A stretch of DNA of 40,000 bases from Escherichia coli (GTDB lineage: Bacteria > Pseudomonadota > Gammaproteobacteria > Enterobacterales > Enterobacteriaceae), in assembly GCF_038396525.1 (NCBI RefSeq), contig NZ_CP147050.1; one strand, 5' to 3'. The position numbers and the translations under genes are program-made. The notes beneath the pieces were generated by a model. That model was not told the origin of the DNA. It was given only the letters and a program-made list of their open reading frames with translations, and made no database searches. Within the stretch, counting starts at the first letter, position 1, and each line of letters starts with the position of its first letter. Positions 1 to 9,963 of the stretch are shown here, piece after piece.

Positions 1-11
1 AAACGCCAAAT

Positions 12-119
12 TGCCTGATGCGCTACGCTTATCAGGCCTACAAGTGCATTGCAATCTATTGAATTTGCGATGTTTTGTAGGACGGATAAGACGCTCGCGC
101 CGCATCCGGCATCAACAAA
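12..119. repeat. REP/BIME-like pair of GC-rich imperfect palindromes
   Basis: 'gcctgatgcgctacgcttatcaggcctac' followed by 'gtaggacggataagacgctcgcgccgcatccggc', typical of E. coli REP units, in the gap beyond the yqeA stop. Confidence 0.75.
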
Positions 120-173
120 GCGCACTTACTTGACAATCTTTGGCCGGATGGTATTACCCACCCGGCCTTTAAA

Positions 174-1106
174 TTACTGACAAATCACCGTTCCTGTTTT
201 GCCTTCAATCCCTTCTTTCGCTTTGCTCAATACGGTAATCAGTGCTTCACGACCTGCGCGAGAGCGAGCAAACGAGGCGGCAGCTTCCACTTTAGGCAGC
301 ATAGAACCTTTCGCAAAATGACCTTCTTCGATAAAGCGTTCAGCATCACTTAATGACAGGCGATCGAGCCACTGTTCATTCTCTTTACCGAAGTTAATGG
401 CCACTTTTTCTACCGCAGTCAGAATGATCAGCATATCGGCATCAATCATTTCTGCTAAACGGGCGCTGGCCCAGTCTTTATCGATAACCGCGCTGGCACC
501 ACGCAGATGGTTACCTTCACGAATAACAGGGATACCACCACCGCCAACGGTGATCACCACCTGACCTGCATCTACCAGAGCTTTAACCGTTTCTTTTTCA
601 ATGATATCAACCGGTTTTGGCGAGGCAACAACACGGCGATAGCCGCGACCAGCATCTTCTTTCAGAGTGTAACCCTGTTTTGTCAGTTGCTCTGCTTCTT
701 GCTCGGTAAAGAACGAACCGATCGGCTTGGTCGGGTTGAGGAATGCCGGATCGTTAGCGTCGACTTCGACCTGAGTAACCAGCGTTGCTACAGGTTTATT
801 AATGCCCCGAGAAAGCAGTTCTTCTCTTAAAGCGTTTTGTAGATCGTAACCAATATAACCCTGGCTTAATGCAACACAGACAGACATCGGCAGCATTGGC
901 GAGTGCGCTTCAGTTTTTGCGGCAGCTTCAAAGGCCTGGTTAATCATGCCCACCTGCGGCCCGTTACCATGAGTGACGATAACTTCATGTCCCTGGGCAA
1001 TTAAATCAACAATTGCCTGAGAAGTAATTTTTACCGCTTTCATTTGCCCGGCCAGGTCATCGCCCAGCGCATTCCCGCCCAGGGCGAGAACAATTTTCTT
1101 ACTCAT
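174..1106 (-). CDS. yqeA: Carbamate kinase-like protein
   Basis: 310 aa ORF (MSKKIVLALGGNALG...) with amino acid kinase motifs; last gene of the ygeW-ygeX-ygeY-hyuA-yqeA cluster. Confidence 0.95.
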   Translation of the reverse strand: MSKKIVLALGGNALGDDLAGQMKAVKITSQAIVDLIAQGHEVIVTHGNGPQVGMINQAFEAAAKTEAHSPMLPMSVCVALSQGYIGYDLQNALREELLSRGINKPVATLVTQVEVDANDPAFLNPTKPIGSFFTEQEAEQLTKQGYTLKEDAGRGYRRVVASPKPVDIIEKETVKALVDAGQVVITVGGGGIPVIREGNHLRGASAVIDKDWASARLAEMIDADMLIILTAVEKVAINFGKENEQWLDRLSLSDAERFIEEGHFAKGSMLPKVEAAASFARSRAGREALITVLSKAKEGIEGKTGTVICQ

Positions 1107-1153
1107 TTTTCCTCACTCATCATTCTTGATTGTGTATAGATCCCTGGCAGTGG

Positions 1154-2539
1154 TTAGAGCACGGGAGGGACAAACGGTTTGCGTCGCAGGAAACGACCTC
1201 GCCCGGCTTTGCCTGTAAAGGTGCCGTCACAGAAAATCGTTTCACCACGGGATAAGGTTCTGACAATCGCGCCCTGACAGGTAAAACCCTCCCATGGCGA
1301 GTAGTCGGCGTTGTCGTGGAGATGGCGATGCTGAATTTGTTGGCTCTGACGTGGGTCGATAATCACCACGTCGCCGTCGGAACCGGGCGCTAATAATCCT
1401 TTTTGCGGCCACAGGCCAAACAGCCTGGCGGGCATTGCGCTGGTTAATTCAACAAAGCGTTCCGGTGTTATACGTCCCGTCATCACGCCACTGGAAAACA
1501 GTAACTGCATGCGGTTTTCCACACCGGGTAAGCCATTTGGGCAGCGACTGAAATCGCCTTTAGAAATTTGCAGGCGTTGAGCCATCGAGAAGGTGCAGTG
1601 ATCGGTTGCCACCACGTCAATCGCACCATCGCTGATGCCACACCACAGTTTGTCCTGCTCGCGTACGTTACGCAGCGGTGGGCTAAGAATGAACTTCATG
1701 CCATCTTCTGTATCGTAACTGCGTTCGTCCAACAGGAGATATTGTGGGCAGGTTTCAACCCAGACTGGCTGGTGATTCGCACGGGCAAGACGCAGATAAT
1801 CCAGACCTAAGCCGTTAGACAGGTGCACGATATAGAGCGGGGCGTTACCGGCAATTTGTGCCAGGTTAATCATGCGGGCGATGGCTTCCGCTTCGCATTC
1901 CAGAGGGCGACTCAAGGCGTGATAGCGCGGCGCGGTTAACCCTGCGGCGATAAACTCCGCCCGCTTGCTGGCGATAGCCGCATCATTTTCCGGGTGCACG
2001 GTGGTCAGCGCGCCGGATTCATGCAGACGGCGTAATGCCTGCAAAACCTCGTCATCGTTGAGTTTGTATTGATAGGTTAAATAGAGTTTAAAACTGCTCA
2101 GTCCTTCCTCGACCATCATCGGGATTTCGTCGAGGATTGCGTGATTAATGTGCTGGATCACACCGTGAAAGCTGTAATCGATGACCGCTTTATGGGCGGC
2201 ATAACCACGATAAACCTCCAGTTGATGGCGTAACCGACAGCCGTTTGGGCCAAATCCCATATGGTCAATAATGGTTGTTGTACCGCCACACGCAGCTGCG
2301 CGGGTACCGGTAAAAAAATCATCACAACTGCGCGCGATGCCGACATCAATATTGAAATGCGTATGGACATCCACGCCGCCAGGGAAAACGTAACAGCCAG
2401 TGGCATCAATTTCTTCATACGGGAGCTGCGGCGAAATATTGTTGCCCAACTGGCGAACAATCCCGCTTTCAATCAGCAAATCCTGTTTGGCTTGTCCATC
2501 TGCGTTAACGACAGTGCCGTTTTTGATCAATACGCGCAT
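1154..2539 (-). CDS. hyuA: Dihydropyrimidinase/D-hydantoinase family amidohydrolase
   Basis: ORF with metal-binding motif GGVDVHTHFN; 461 aa if started at MRVLIKNGTVVNADG (the ORF track extends 4 codons further). Confidence 0.93.
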   Translation of the reverse strand: MRVLIKNGTVVNADGQAKQDLLIESGIVRQLGNNISPQLPYEEIDATGCYVFPGGVDVHTHFNIDVGIARSCDDFFTGTRAAACGGTTTIIDHMGFGPNGCRLRHQLEVYRGYAAHKAVIDYSFHGVIQHINHAILDEIPMMVEEGLSSFKLYLTYQYKLNDDEVLQALRRLHESGALTTVHPENDAAIASKRAEFIAAGLTAPRYHALSRPLECEAEAIARMINLAQIAGNAPLYIVHLSNGLGLDYLRLARANHQPVWVETCPQYLLLDERSYDTEDGMKFILSPPLRNVREQDKLWCGISDGAIDVVATDHCTFSMAQRLQISKGDFSRCPNGLPGVENRMQLLFSSGVMTGRITPERFVELTSAMPARLFGLWPQKGLLAPGSDGDVVIIDPRQSQQIQHRHLHDNADYSPWEGFTCQGAIVRTLSRGETIFCDGTFTGKAGRGRFLRRKPFVPPVL

Positions 2540-2591
2540 AGCAAACTCCAAAAACCCTCCGGCGAACCGGAGGGGAATAAGTGAAGAGTAA

Positions 2592-3803
2592 TTATTCGGT
2601 TGCCAGCCAGCTTAACGGGATTGCAGCGTACATCGCGGCACAGGTCACCAGGTGAGATTTCCAGGTTTTTTCGTTAGGTGCATGCGCTTCAGGTTCTTTA
2701 CCCGGGCCAAAGCCGATCACCGGAATGCCGTGACGGCCCATGATAGATACGCCGTTAGTTGAGAAGGTCCACTTATCAACAACCGGCGCTTTGCCAAACA
2801 GCCCTTCGTAGGCATTCACCAGTGCTTTAACGGTGAAGTGATCTTCTTCCACTTTCCAGGTCGGGAAGTAGCATTCGGTTGGGTAAACCAGGCCAGTCCA
2901 GGACGGACGGTCGTAGTTGTACATAGAAACAACCGCGTTAGCTTTCTGTACTGCAGGCAGGGCGCGGATTTCGTCCAGCGCGCCTTCCCAGGTTTCGCCC
3001 CAGGTCAGACGGCGGTCAATAGAGACGGCGCAGCTATCTGCTACAGCGCAACGGCTTGGGGATGTGAAGAAGATTTCAGAAACGGTGAGGGTGCCTTTGC
3101 CGAGGAATTCGTCATAACCCAGACGTTGGGAGAGTTCTTGTAATTCGCCAAGAATCGGACCCATTTTGAAAATGGCGTTGTCACCGCGTTCTGGTGCAGA
3201 ACCGTGGCAGCTAACACCCTGAACATCAATACGAATTTCCATACGACCGCGCTGACCACGGTATACCTGGCAGTCGGTTGGTTCGGTACTGACCACAAAT
3301 TCCGGGCGAATGCCGGATTGTTCAATAATGTACTGCCAGCACAGACCGTCGCAGTCTTCTTCCTGCACAGTACCGGTAACCAGCAGGGTATATTCATCTT
3401 CCAGACCGAGGTCTTTAATGATTTTACCGGCATAAACCATAGATGCCATGCCGCCTTCCTGGTCGGAAGTACCGCGACCACCGATTAGCTCATCAGTTTC
3501 CATGCCTTCGTACGGATCGAAGTCCCAGTTTTTGATGTTGCCAATGCCGACGGTATCGATATGAGCGTCCATTGCCACCAGACGCGGGCCGTGGCCGATA
3601 TAACCGAGAACGTTGCCCATCGGGTCGATTTCAACTTTATCGAAGCCGACTTTTTCCATCTCTTCTTTAATACGATGTACTACGCGTTTTTCGTCGCAGC
3701 TTTCACTGGGAATAGCAACCATGTCGCGCAGGAAGCGAGTCATGTCCGCCTGGTAATCTTTTGCTTTTTCAAGAATCAGTTTGAATGGAATATTCTTAGC
3801 CAT
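2592..3803 (-). CDS. ygeY: M20 family peptidase/deacetylase-like protein
   Basis: 403 aa ORF with the M20 signature '[12 protein letters not shown]' and '...[11 protein letters not shown]'. Confidence 0.93.
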
Positions 3804-3860
3804 TATTTTTCTCCAGATTTTTTACTCCCCGTTTTGCAGGGAGTAGTTCCAATAGGGTGA

Positions 3861-5057
3861 TTAAGGTGCTACAGCGTGTTTGCCTTCCCAGACAACTTCG
3901 CTGTAGTGCTTCACGTCGGTGTCGCCTTCAGTACTGATAACCAGCACTACGGCATCTTTGTTCAGCGCCAGTTTTTCCATCAGGCTTTGACGTTGCGGGT
4001 GATAATGAACCGCTGCGAGAACGCCCAAACCGACAGCGCCGGATTCACCGGAGATGATGCGCGGGTCGTTGCCGTACGGATTACCCAGCACGCGCATACC
4101 TAATGCGGCAACGCTGTCCTGGCAGGAGATGAATTGGGTGGCGCAGTTACGTAGGATTTCCCAGCCCAGCGGGTTAGGTTCGCCACAGGCCAGGCCCGCC
4201 ATGATGGTGGCCATATCACCGCCAACGTTGACGATGTCGCCTTTGACGCCGGAGCGATAAATACAGTCAGCTTTGTCAGGTTCAACAATAATGCTGTGCA
4301 GATTTTGCGGGCTGTAGACGTCGACCAGATAACCCAGCACACCACCGGCCATTGCTCCGACACCGGCTTGCAGCAGAACGTGCGTCGGGGTTACGCCCAT
4401 TTCACGCATTTGCTCGACGGCTTCATCTGCCAGGGTTGCGTAGCCTTGCATGATCCAGGTTGGGATTTTGGTGTAACCTTCCCATGCCGTGTCCTGTACC
4501 ACTTCCCAGCCGTGCTGCTGCGCGTGTTGCATGGTCAGGCGAACGGTATCGTCATAGTTCATATCTGTGACGATGCACTCGGCACCGAGGTTCAGAATGG
4601 CGTCAACGCGTTCCTGAGCAGAACCTTTCGGCATGTAAATCACCGCATTCTGTCCGAGTTGCTGTGCTGCCCACGCCACACCGCGCCCGTGGTTGCCGTC
4701 GGTGGTGGTCGCGAAAGTCATTTTTTCGCCGATGGTATTTTTCAGGTGCTCAAATGACAGCGTTTCGATATCAAGATGATATTTTTCACACAATAATTGA
4801 GCGATGGCGTACGCACCGCCAAGCATTTTGAAGGCGTTCAGACCGAATCGTTTTGATTCGTCTTTGACGAGAATTTTCTTCACACCAAAAAGGTTTGCGA
4901 GATCGTCCAGCGCACAAAGCGGTGTTGGGCGATAACCAGCTATTTTCTGGTGGAACTGGCGCGCCAGTTTGGCTTGGCTTTGCGAAAAGAGCGGTGATGT
5001 TTCGCCGTTGAAAAATTTGTTATCGGCGATATCAATCTTCAATGAGAAAACGGACAT
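3861..5057 (-). CDS. ygeX: 2,3-diaminopropionate ammonia-lyase, PLP-dependent
   Basis: 398 aa ORF with PLP lysine context 'VKDESKRFGLNAFKMLGG'. Confidence 0.95.
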   Translation of the reverse strand: MSVFSLKIDIADNKFFNGETSPLFSQSQAKLARQFHQKIAGYRPTPLCALDDLANLFGVKKILVKDESKRFGLNAFKMLGGAYAIAQLLCEKYHLDIETLSFEHLKNTIGEKMTFATTTDGNHGRGVAWAAQQLGQNAVIYMPKGSAQERVDAILNLGAECIVTDMNYDDTVRLTMQHAQQHGWEVVQDTAWEGYTKIPTWIMQGYATLADEAVEQMREMGVTPTHVLLQAGVGAMAGGVLGYLVDVYSPQNLHSIIVEPDKADCIYRSGVKGDIVNVGGDMATIMAGLACGEPNPLGWEILRNCATQFISCQDSVAALGMRVLGNPYGNDPRIISGESGAVGLGVLAAVHYHPQRQSLMEKLALNKDAVVLVISTEGDTDVKHYSEVVWEGKHAVAP

Positions 5058-5114
5058 ATCCTATCCTTTTGGCCTCTGGAAATAGAGGGCCGACCAGCTG
5101 ATCGGCCCGAGGGG

Positions 5115-6305
5115 TTATTTCACGCGTTCTTGCGCTTCTTTCAGCAGTTGCTCGAGCAGTGCACCTGGTTTGGCGTATTTACGGGACAGGATCATCGCGG
5201 CGATGATATAAGGCTTCCAGCTGGCTTCTTTGTAGGTAGCGATACGGTATTTTTCGAATACGCCTTCAGTCACTTCACCTTCTTTACAGGATACGCCGCT
5301 GATATCAGCTGGCAGGCAGTGCATGTACAGGGCTTCGCCATCACGGGTCAGTTCCATCATCTCTTCAGTACAATGCCAGTCTTTGTGTTGCGCGTTCTGT
5401 GCCAGACACTGTTTTTCCAGTGCTTTTAAGCCTTCGTGATCGTTCGCACGCAGCAATTCAGTACGCTCTTCCATCACTTTGTAAGGTGCCCATGACTTCG
5501 GATAAACGATGTCTGCGTCTTTGAAGGCTTCTTCCATGCTGGTGACCTGACGGAAGCTACCACCGGAGGCTTTAGCATTGTTTTTCGCCACTTCAACCAC
5601 ATCCGGGATCAGGTCGTAGCCTTCCGGATGGGCCAGGGTGACATCCATACCGAAGCGAGTCATCAGACCGATGATGCCTTGTGGTACAGAGAGCGGTTTG
5701 CCATAGCTTGGAGAGTAGGCCCAGGTCATGGCGATTTTTTTACCTTTCAGGTTTTCCAGTGAACCAAAGTGTTCACGTAACCACGCGAGGTCAGCCATTG
5801 ACTGAGTCGGGTGGTCAATATCGCATTGCAGGTTCACTAAAGCCGGACGCTGTGGCAGTACACCCTGCTTGTAACCGTCATCAAGTGCAGCGCCAACTTC
5901 ACGCATATAGGCGTTGCCTGCGCCCAGATACATATCATCGCGAATACCAATAGCGTCGGCGCAGAAGGAGATCATATTGGCGGTTTCACGCACGGTTTCG
6001 CCGTGAGCGATTTGTGATTTGCCTTCGTCGAGATCTTGTTGTGCAAGGCCGAGCAGGTTAAGCGCGGAAGCATAAGAGAAGCGGGTACGGGTGGAGTTGT
6101 CGCGGAATACGGAAATACCTAATCCACTATTAAAGACTTTGGTTGAGATGTTTTCAGCACGCAGTGCTTTTAATGCTGCGGCAACGTCCAGTACTTGTTT
6201 CAGTTCATCTGGCGTCTGTTCCCACGTTAACAAAAAATCTTTCTCGTGAAGGTGAGAGGTCAGCGAATTGATATCCTTAATCAGCTCATTAACAGTTTTC
6301 ATCAT
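5115..6305 (-). CDS. ygeW: Aspartate/ornithine carbamoyltransferase family protein
   Basis: 396 aa ORF with the 'FRDNSTRTRFSYASA' carbamoyl phosphate motif and 'MHCLPAD'. Confidence 0.94.
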   Translation of the reverse strand: MMKTVNELIKDINSLTSHLHEKDFLLTWEQTPDELKQVLDVAAALKALRAENISTKVFNSGLGISVFRDNSTRTRFSYASALNLLGLAQQDLDEGKSQIAHGETVRETANMISFCADAIGIRDDMYLGAGNAYMREVGAALDDGYKQGVLPQRPALVNLQCDIDHPTQSMADLAWLREHFGSLENLKGKKIAMTWAYSPSYGKPLSVPQGIIGLMTRFGMDVTLAHPEGYDLIPDVVEVAKNNAKASGGSFRQVTSMEEAFKDADIVYPKSWAPYKVMEERTELLRANDHEGLKALEKQCLAQNAQHKDWHCTEEMMELTRDGEALYMHCLPADISGVSCKEGEVTEGVFEKYRIATYKEASWKPYIIAAMILSRKYAKPGALLEQLLKEAQERVK

Positions 6306-6396
6306 AAAGTCCCGGTAGTGGAATGACAGGCAAAGTGGTTTATTTCACTGTGACTTGCCAAAGTGATTGGTGTTTTCACAGCTATACCTGGGACTA

Positions 6397-6411
6397 ACAA
6401 TAAGTGTGCCA
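6397..6411 (-). promoter_or_regulatory. Candidate sigma54 -24/-12 promoter of the ygeW operon
   Basis: Minus strand reads TGGCAC-ACTTA-TTGT, matching TGGCAC-N5-TTGC with correct spacing, about 90 bp upstream of the ygeW start; a sigma54 activator (ygeV) is divergent. Confidence 0.7.
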
Positions 6412-6780
6412 GAATTATCCGCGCGGCTGCAAAAGACTAATTTGACGGATAATGTGTGGGGTTGATCACAAATTGATGCCAGCTTCTGGTTGTTTGTAAA
6501 ATACGAAAACGTTTGGCTTTTTTTATCGCGTTATTTATTTGCTGCTAAGTATCAGAAATAAGATAAAGGGGCAGGCTATCTCTCTTCAGTTTGATAAACT
6601 CACCGCCGTAATTCTCATATTGATATAGAAATGTGATATCTCTTCCATAATTTCATTAGAAAATGATAAAAATCTTATATTTTTATCAAAGCCAATTTCG
6701 CCTGAGTTAATATCATCATGATCTGTGAACCATCAACGTCTTCAATGATCGACTTTTAAGTAAGTCTGGAAGGTAAAGCT

Positions 6781-8559
6781 ATGGAGCTTGCTACTACGCA
6801 GTCAGTATTGATGCAAATTCAACCGACAATTCAGCGTTTTGCCAGAATGCTTGCCAGCGTTTTGCAGCTTGAGGTTGAGATCGTTGATGAAAACTTGTGT
6901 CGCGTCGCCGGAACGGGCGCGTATGGGAAGTTTCTTGGTCGCCAGTTGAGCGGCAACTCACGCCTGCTCCGCCACGTCCTGGAAACGAAAACTGAAAAAG
7001 TTGTGACACAGTCTCGCTTCGATCCCCTTTGCGAAGGTTGCGATAGTAAAGAAAATTGCCGCGAAAAAGCATTTCTGGGTACGCCTGTCATTTTACAGGA
7101 TCGTTGTGTTGGGGTGATAAGTTTGATTGCCGTTACCCACGAGCAACAAGAGCATATCAGTGATAATTTACGCGAATTTTCTGATTACGTTCGCCATATA
7201 TCCACCATTTTTGTTTCGAAACTTCTGGAGGATCAGGGGCCAGGAGATAACATCAGTAAAATATTTGCGACCATGATCGATAATATGGATCAGGGCGTAT
7301 TAGTTGTAGATGATGAAAATCGGGTTCAGTTTGTTAATCAGACTGCCTTAAAAACATTTGGTGTTGTGCAAAATAATATTATTGGGAAACCTATCCGTTT
7401 CAGACCATTAACATTTGAGAGTAATTTTACCCATGGACATATGCAGCATATTGTTTCATGGGACGATAAAAGTGAATTAATCATTGGTCAATTGCATAAC
7501 ATTCAGGGACGACAATTATTTTTAATGGCGTTTCACCAATCGCATACCAGTTTTTCTGTAGCAAATGCACCTGATGAACCGCATATTGAACAATTGGTTG
7601 GCGAGTGCCGTGTTATGCGGCAATTAAAACGACTCATTAGCCGTATTGCACCCAGCCCATCCAGCGTTATGGTGGTTGGTGAAAGCGGCACGGGTAAAGA
7701 AGTCGTCGCCCGTGCAATCCATAAGTTGAGCGGAAGACGGAATAAACCCTTTATTGCTATCAACTGTGCCGCGATTCCGGAGCAGCTTCTGGAGAGCGAA
7801 CTGTTCGGTTATGTTAAAGGTGCATTTACTGGCGCTTCTGCCAACGGTAAAACAGGGTTGATTCAGGCGGCGAATACGGGCACGCTGTTTCTCGATGAAA
7901 TAGGTGATATGCCATTAATGTTGCAGGCTAAATTACTGCGCGCTATTGAGGCACGTGAAATTCTGCCGATTGGTGCCAGTAGCCCAATACAAGTCGACAT
8001 TCGCATCATTTCTGCAACTAATCAGAATTTGGCCCAGTTCATTGCCGAAGGTAAATTCCGCGAAGATCTCTTCTACCGACTTAATGTTATCCCGATAACT
8101 CTGCCACCGCTGCGTGAACGTCAGGAAGATATTGAACTATTGGTGCATTACTTTTTACATCTGCATACCCGTCGTCTGGGATCGGTTTATCCTGGCATTG
8201 CTCCCGATGTCGTCGAAATATTGCGTAAGCATCGTTGGCCCGGAAACCTGCGCGAGTTAAGCAATTTGATGGAATATCTGGTTAACGTGGTTCCTTCAGG
8301 TGAAGTTATCGACAGCACGCTATTGCCGCCAAATCTGCTGAATAATGGCACAACGGAGCAAAGTGATGTAACAGAGGTCAGTGAGGCGCACCTGTCACTC
8401 GATGATGCGGGCGGCACGGCGCTGGAGGAGATGGAAAAGCAAATGATCCGCGAGGCGCTTTCACGTCATAACAGCAAGAAGCAAGTTGCTGATGAACTGG
8501 GCATCGGCATTGCTACGCTCTATCGCAAGATTAAGAAATATGAGTTGTTAAACACATAA
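6781..8559 (+). CDS. ygeV: Sigma54-dependent transcriptional activator with N-terminal sensory region
   Basis: 592 aa ORF with Walker A 'GESGTGKE', GAFTGA-type motif 'GYVKGAFTGA', and C-terminal HTH. Confidence 0.95.
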   Translation: MELATTQSVLMQIQPTIQRFARMLASVLQLEVEIVDENLCRVAGTGAYGKFLGRQLSGNSRLLRHVLETKTEKVVTQSRFDPLCEGCDSKENCREKAFLGTPVILQDRCVGVISLIAVTHEQQEHISDNLREFSDYVRHISTIFVSKLLEDQGPGDNISKIFATMIDNMDQGVLVVDDENRVQFVNQTALKTFGVVQNNIIGKPIRFRPLTFESNFTHGHMQHIVSWDDKSELIIGQLHNIQGRQLFLMAFHQSHTSFSVANAPDEPHIEQLVGECRVMRQLKRLISRIAPSPSSVMVVGESGTGKEVVARAIHKLSGRRNKPFIAINCAAIPEQLLESELFGYVKGAFTGASANGKTGLIQAANTGTLFLDEIGDMPLMLQAKLLRAIEAREILPIGASSPIQVDIRIISATNQNLAQFIAEGKFREDLFYRLNVIPITLPPLRERQEDIELLVHYFLHLHTRRLGSVYPGIAPDVVEILRKHRWPGNLRELSNLMEYLVNVVPSGEVIDSTLLPPNLLNNGTTEQSDVTEVSEAHLSLDDAGGTALEEMEKQMIREALSRHNSKKQVADELGIGIATLYRKIKKYELLNT

Positions 8560-8568
8560 CCTCAGTGA

Positions 8569-8592
8569 ATCCGGCCTGAATTCAGGCCGGAT
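8569..8592. terminator. Palindrome between convergent ygeV and xdhC, possible bidirectional terminator
   Basis: Perfect 24-nt palindrome ATCCGGCCTGAATTCAGGCCGGAT; only a weak T-run follows. Confidence 0.55.
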
Positions 8593-8598
8593 ATCCTT

Positions 8599-9078
8599 TT
8601 ACTTCGTTTTCTCGCAATCCAGAACTGTATTTACAATCATCTGATACCCCGTGCAGCGACAAAGATTTCCCGCCAGTCCGCGACGAATTTCCGTAATGGT
8701 TAATGGCTTCTCGCGTGGTTTCGCCAGCATTGCCGTGGTAGCCATAATCAGGCCAGGCGTACAAAACCCGCACTGCACTGCGCCGGATTTCGCATAAGCC
8801 TGCTGAACATGAGAAAGTTTTCCGCCTTTCGCTTCACCTTCCAGCGTGCGGATCTCTTTTCCTTCAGCCCAGGCGGCAAGGTATAAGCAACTGTCTATTG
8901 CTGTGCCGTCGACCAACACCGTACAGGCACCACATTCACCCACGCAGCACCCTTGTTTGACACTTAGCAGTCCTTGTTCGCGGAGTAATTCCGAGAGCGG
9001 CGTGCCTGGTGCGGCGTGAAGCTGAAAAGGCATCCCGTTAATGGTGCATTCGATGGTAATTGTTTCGCTGTGATTCAT
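8599..9078 (-). CDS. xdhC: 2Fe-2S iron-sulfur subunit of xanthine dehydrogenase-type molybdoenzyme
   Basis: 159 aa ORF with '[15 protein letters not shown]' and 'QCGFCTPG...NLCRCTGY' cluster motifs. Confidence 0.95.
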
Positions 9079-9953
9079 TGCAATTTTCCCCCCGCCGCGG
9101 CGACGGCTTCGCTAATCACTTTTTTGGTCATCGTCTGGATGAGATGCAGACGAAACTCTTTACTGGCCCGCCATGAAGAACGCGGGGCGACATCTTGCAG
9201 GACAGATTCGCTGATAGCTTCCAGCGTTTGCAGGTTTAATGGCGCATTTTGTGCAGTCTGTTCGGCATGTTGGCAGCGAATCGGCGTTGGCGCGGCAACA
9301 CCAAATGCCAGGCGTAATTCGCTGAAATTGCCGTTATCCAGTCGGCAATGTGCGGCGCAGCCAATCGTTGAAATATCCATTGCGTCGCGCATGGCATATT
9401 TAAAATGCGCGCTGCCCGCGTGTTCTTTCGGCTGTGGCGGAAAATGAAAGGCGACGAGGATTTCGTCATGCTCAAGAGACACTTTGCCCGGCCCGGTGTG
9501 AAAGCCATTAATCGGGACGAAACGAACACCGCGCGGGGAGTGGATCTCCAGTTTCGCGTCATAAATTAGCGTTGGCGTGGCAGAATCTGCGCTGGTGGCA
9601 CCGTTGCAAATATTTCCACCGTAGGTAGCGACGTTACGGATCTGCGGTCCAGCAATGGACGTGGCCGCAGCACATAACGCCGGGAGATGACGTTGAGTTA
9701 TAGGATCTTCTATTAGCTGGGTAAATGTCGTTGCAGAGCCGATACGTAGCGAGCCATCTTCCGCCAGCGTAATTCCCCGCAGCTCCGCCAGATTATGAAT
9801 ATCAACAATATGGCGATAACGGTCATTGTGATGGTGGAGCTGAATCAGTACGTCAGTGCCACCGGCGAGCAGTTTGGCCTGCGGGTTGTCAGCCAGCAGG
9901 TTGATGGCATCGGCAAGGGTTGCTGCGCGATGGTAAGAAGCAAAATCAAACAT
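9075..9953 (-). CDS. xdhB: FAD-binding subunit of xanthine dehydrogenase-type enzyme
   Basis: 292 aa ORF with 'LLAGGTDVL' and '[15 protein letters not shown]'; overlaps xdhC by 4 nt. Confidence 0.95.
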
Positions 9954-9963
9954 GATGTTATCC

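Noticed and set aside
507-830. Plus-strand 107 aa ORF inside yqeA
   Set aside because: Antisense to a well-conserved carbamate kinase gene; composition is explained by the coding strand.
2158-2584. Minus-strand 104 aa and plus-strand 107 aa ORFs within hyuA
   Set aside because: Shadow ORFs inside a clear hydantoinase gene; no family signature or independent start signals.
4296-4757. 153 aa plus-strand ORF opposite ygeX
   Set aside because: Antisense shadow of a conserved PLP enzyme; His/Val/Arg-rich composition typical of reversed coding sequence.
9016-9447. 143 aa plus-strand ORF across xdhC/xdhB
   Set aside because: Spans the overlap of two conserved genes on the opposite strand, with no recognisable domain.
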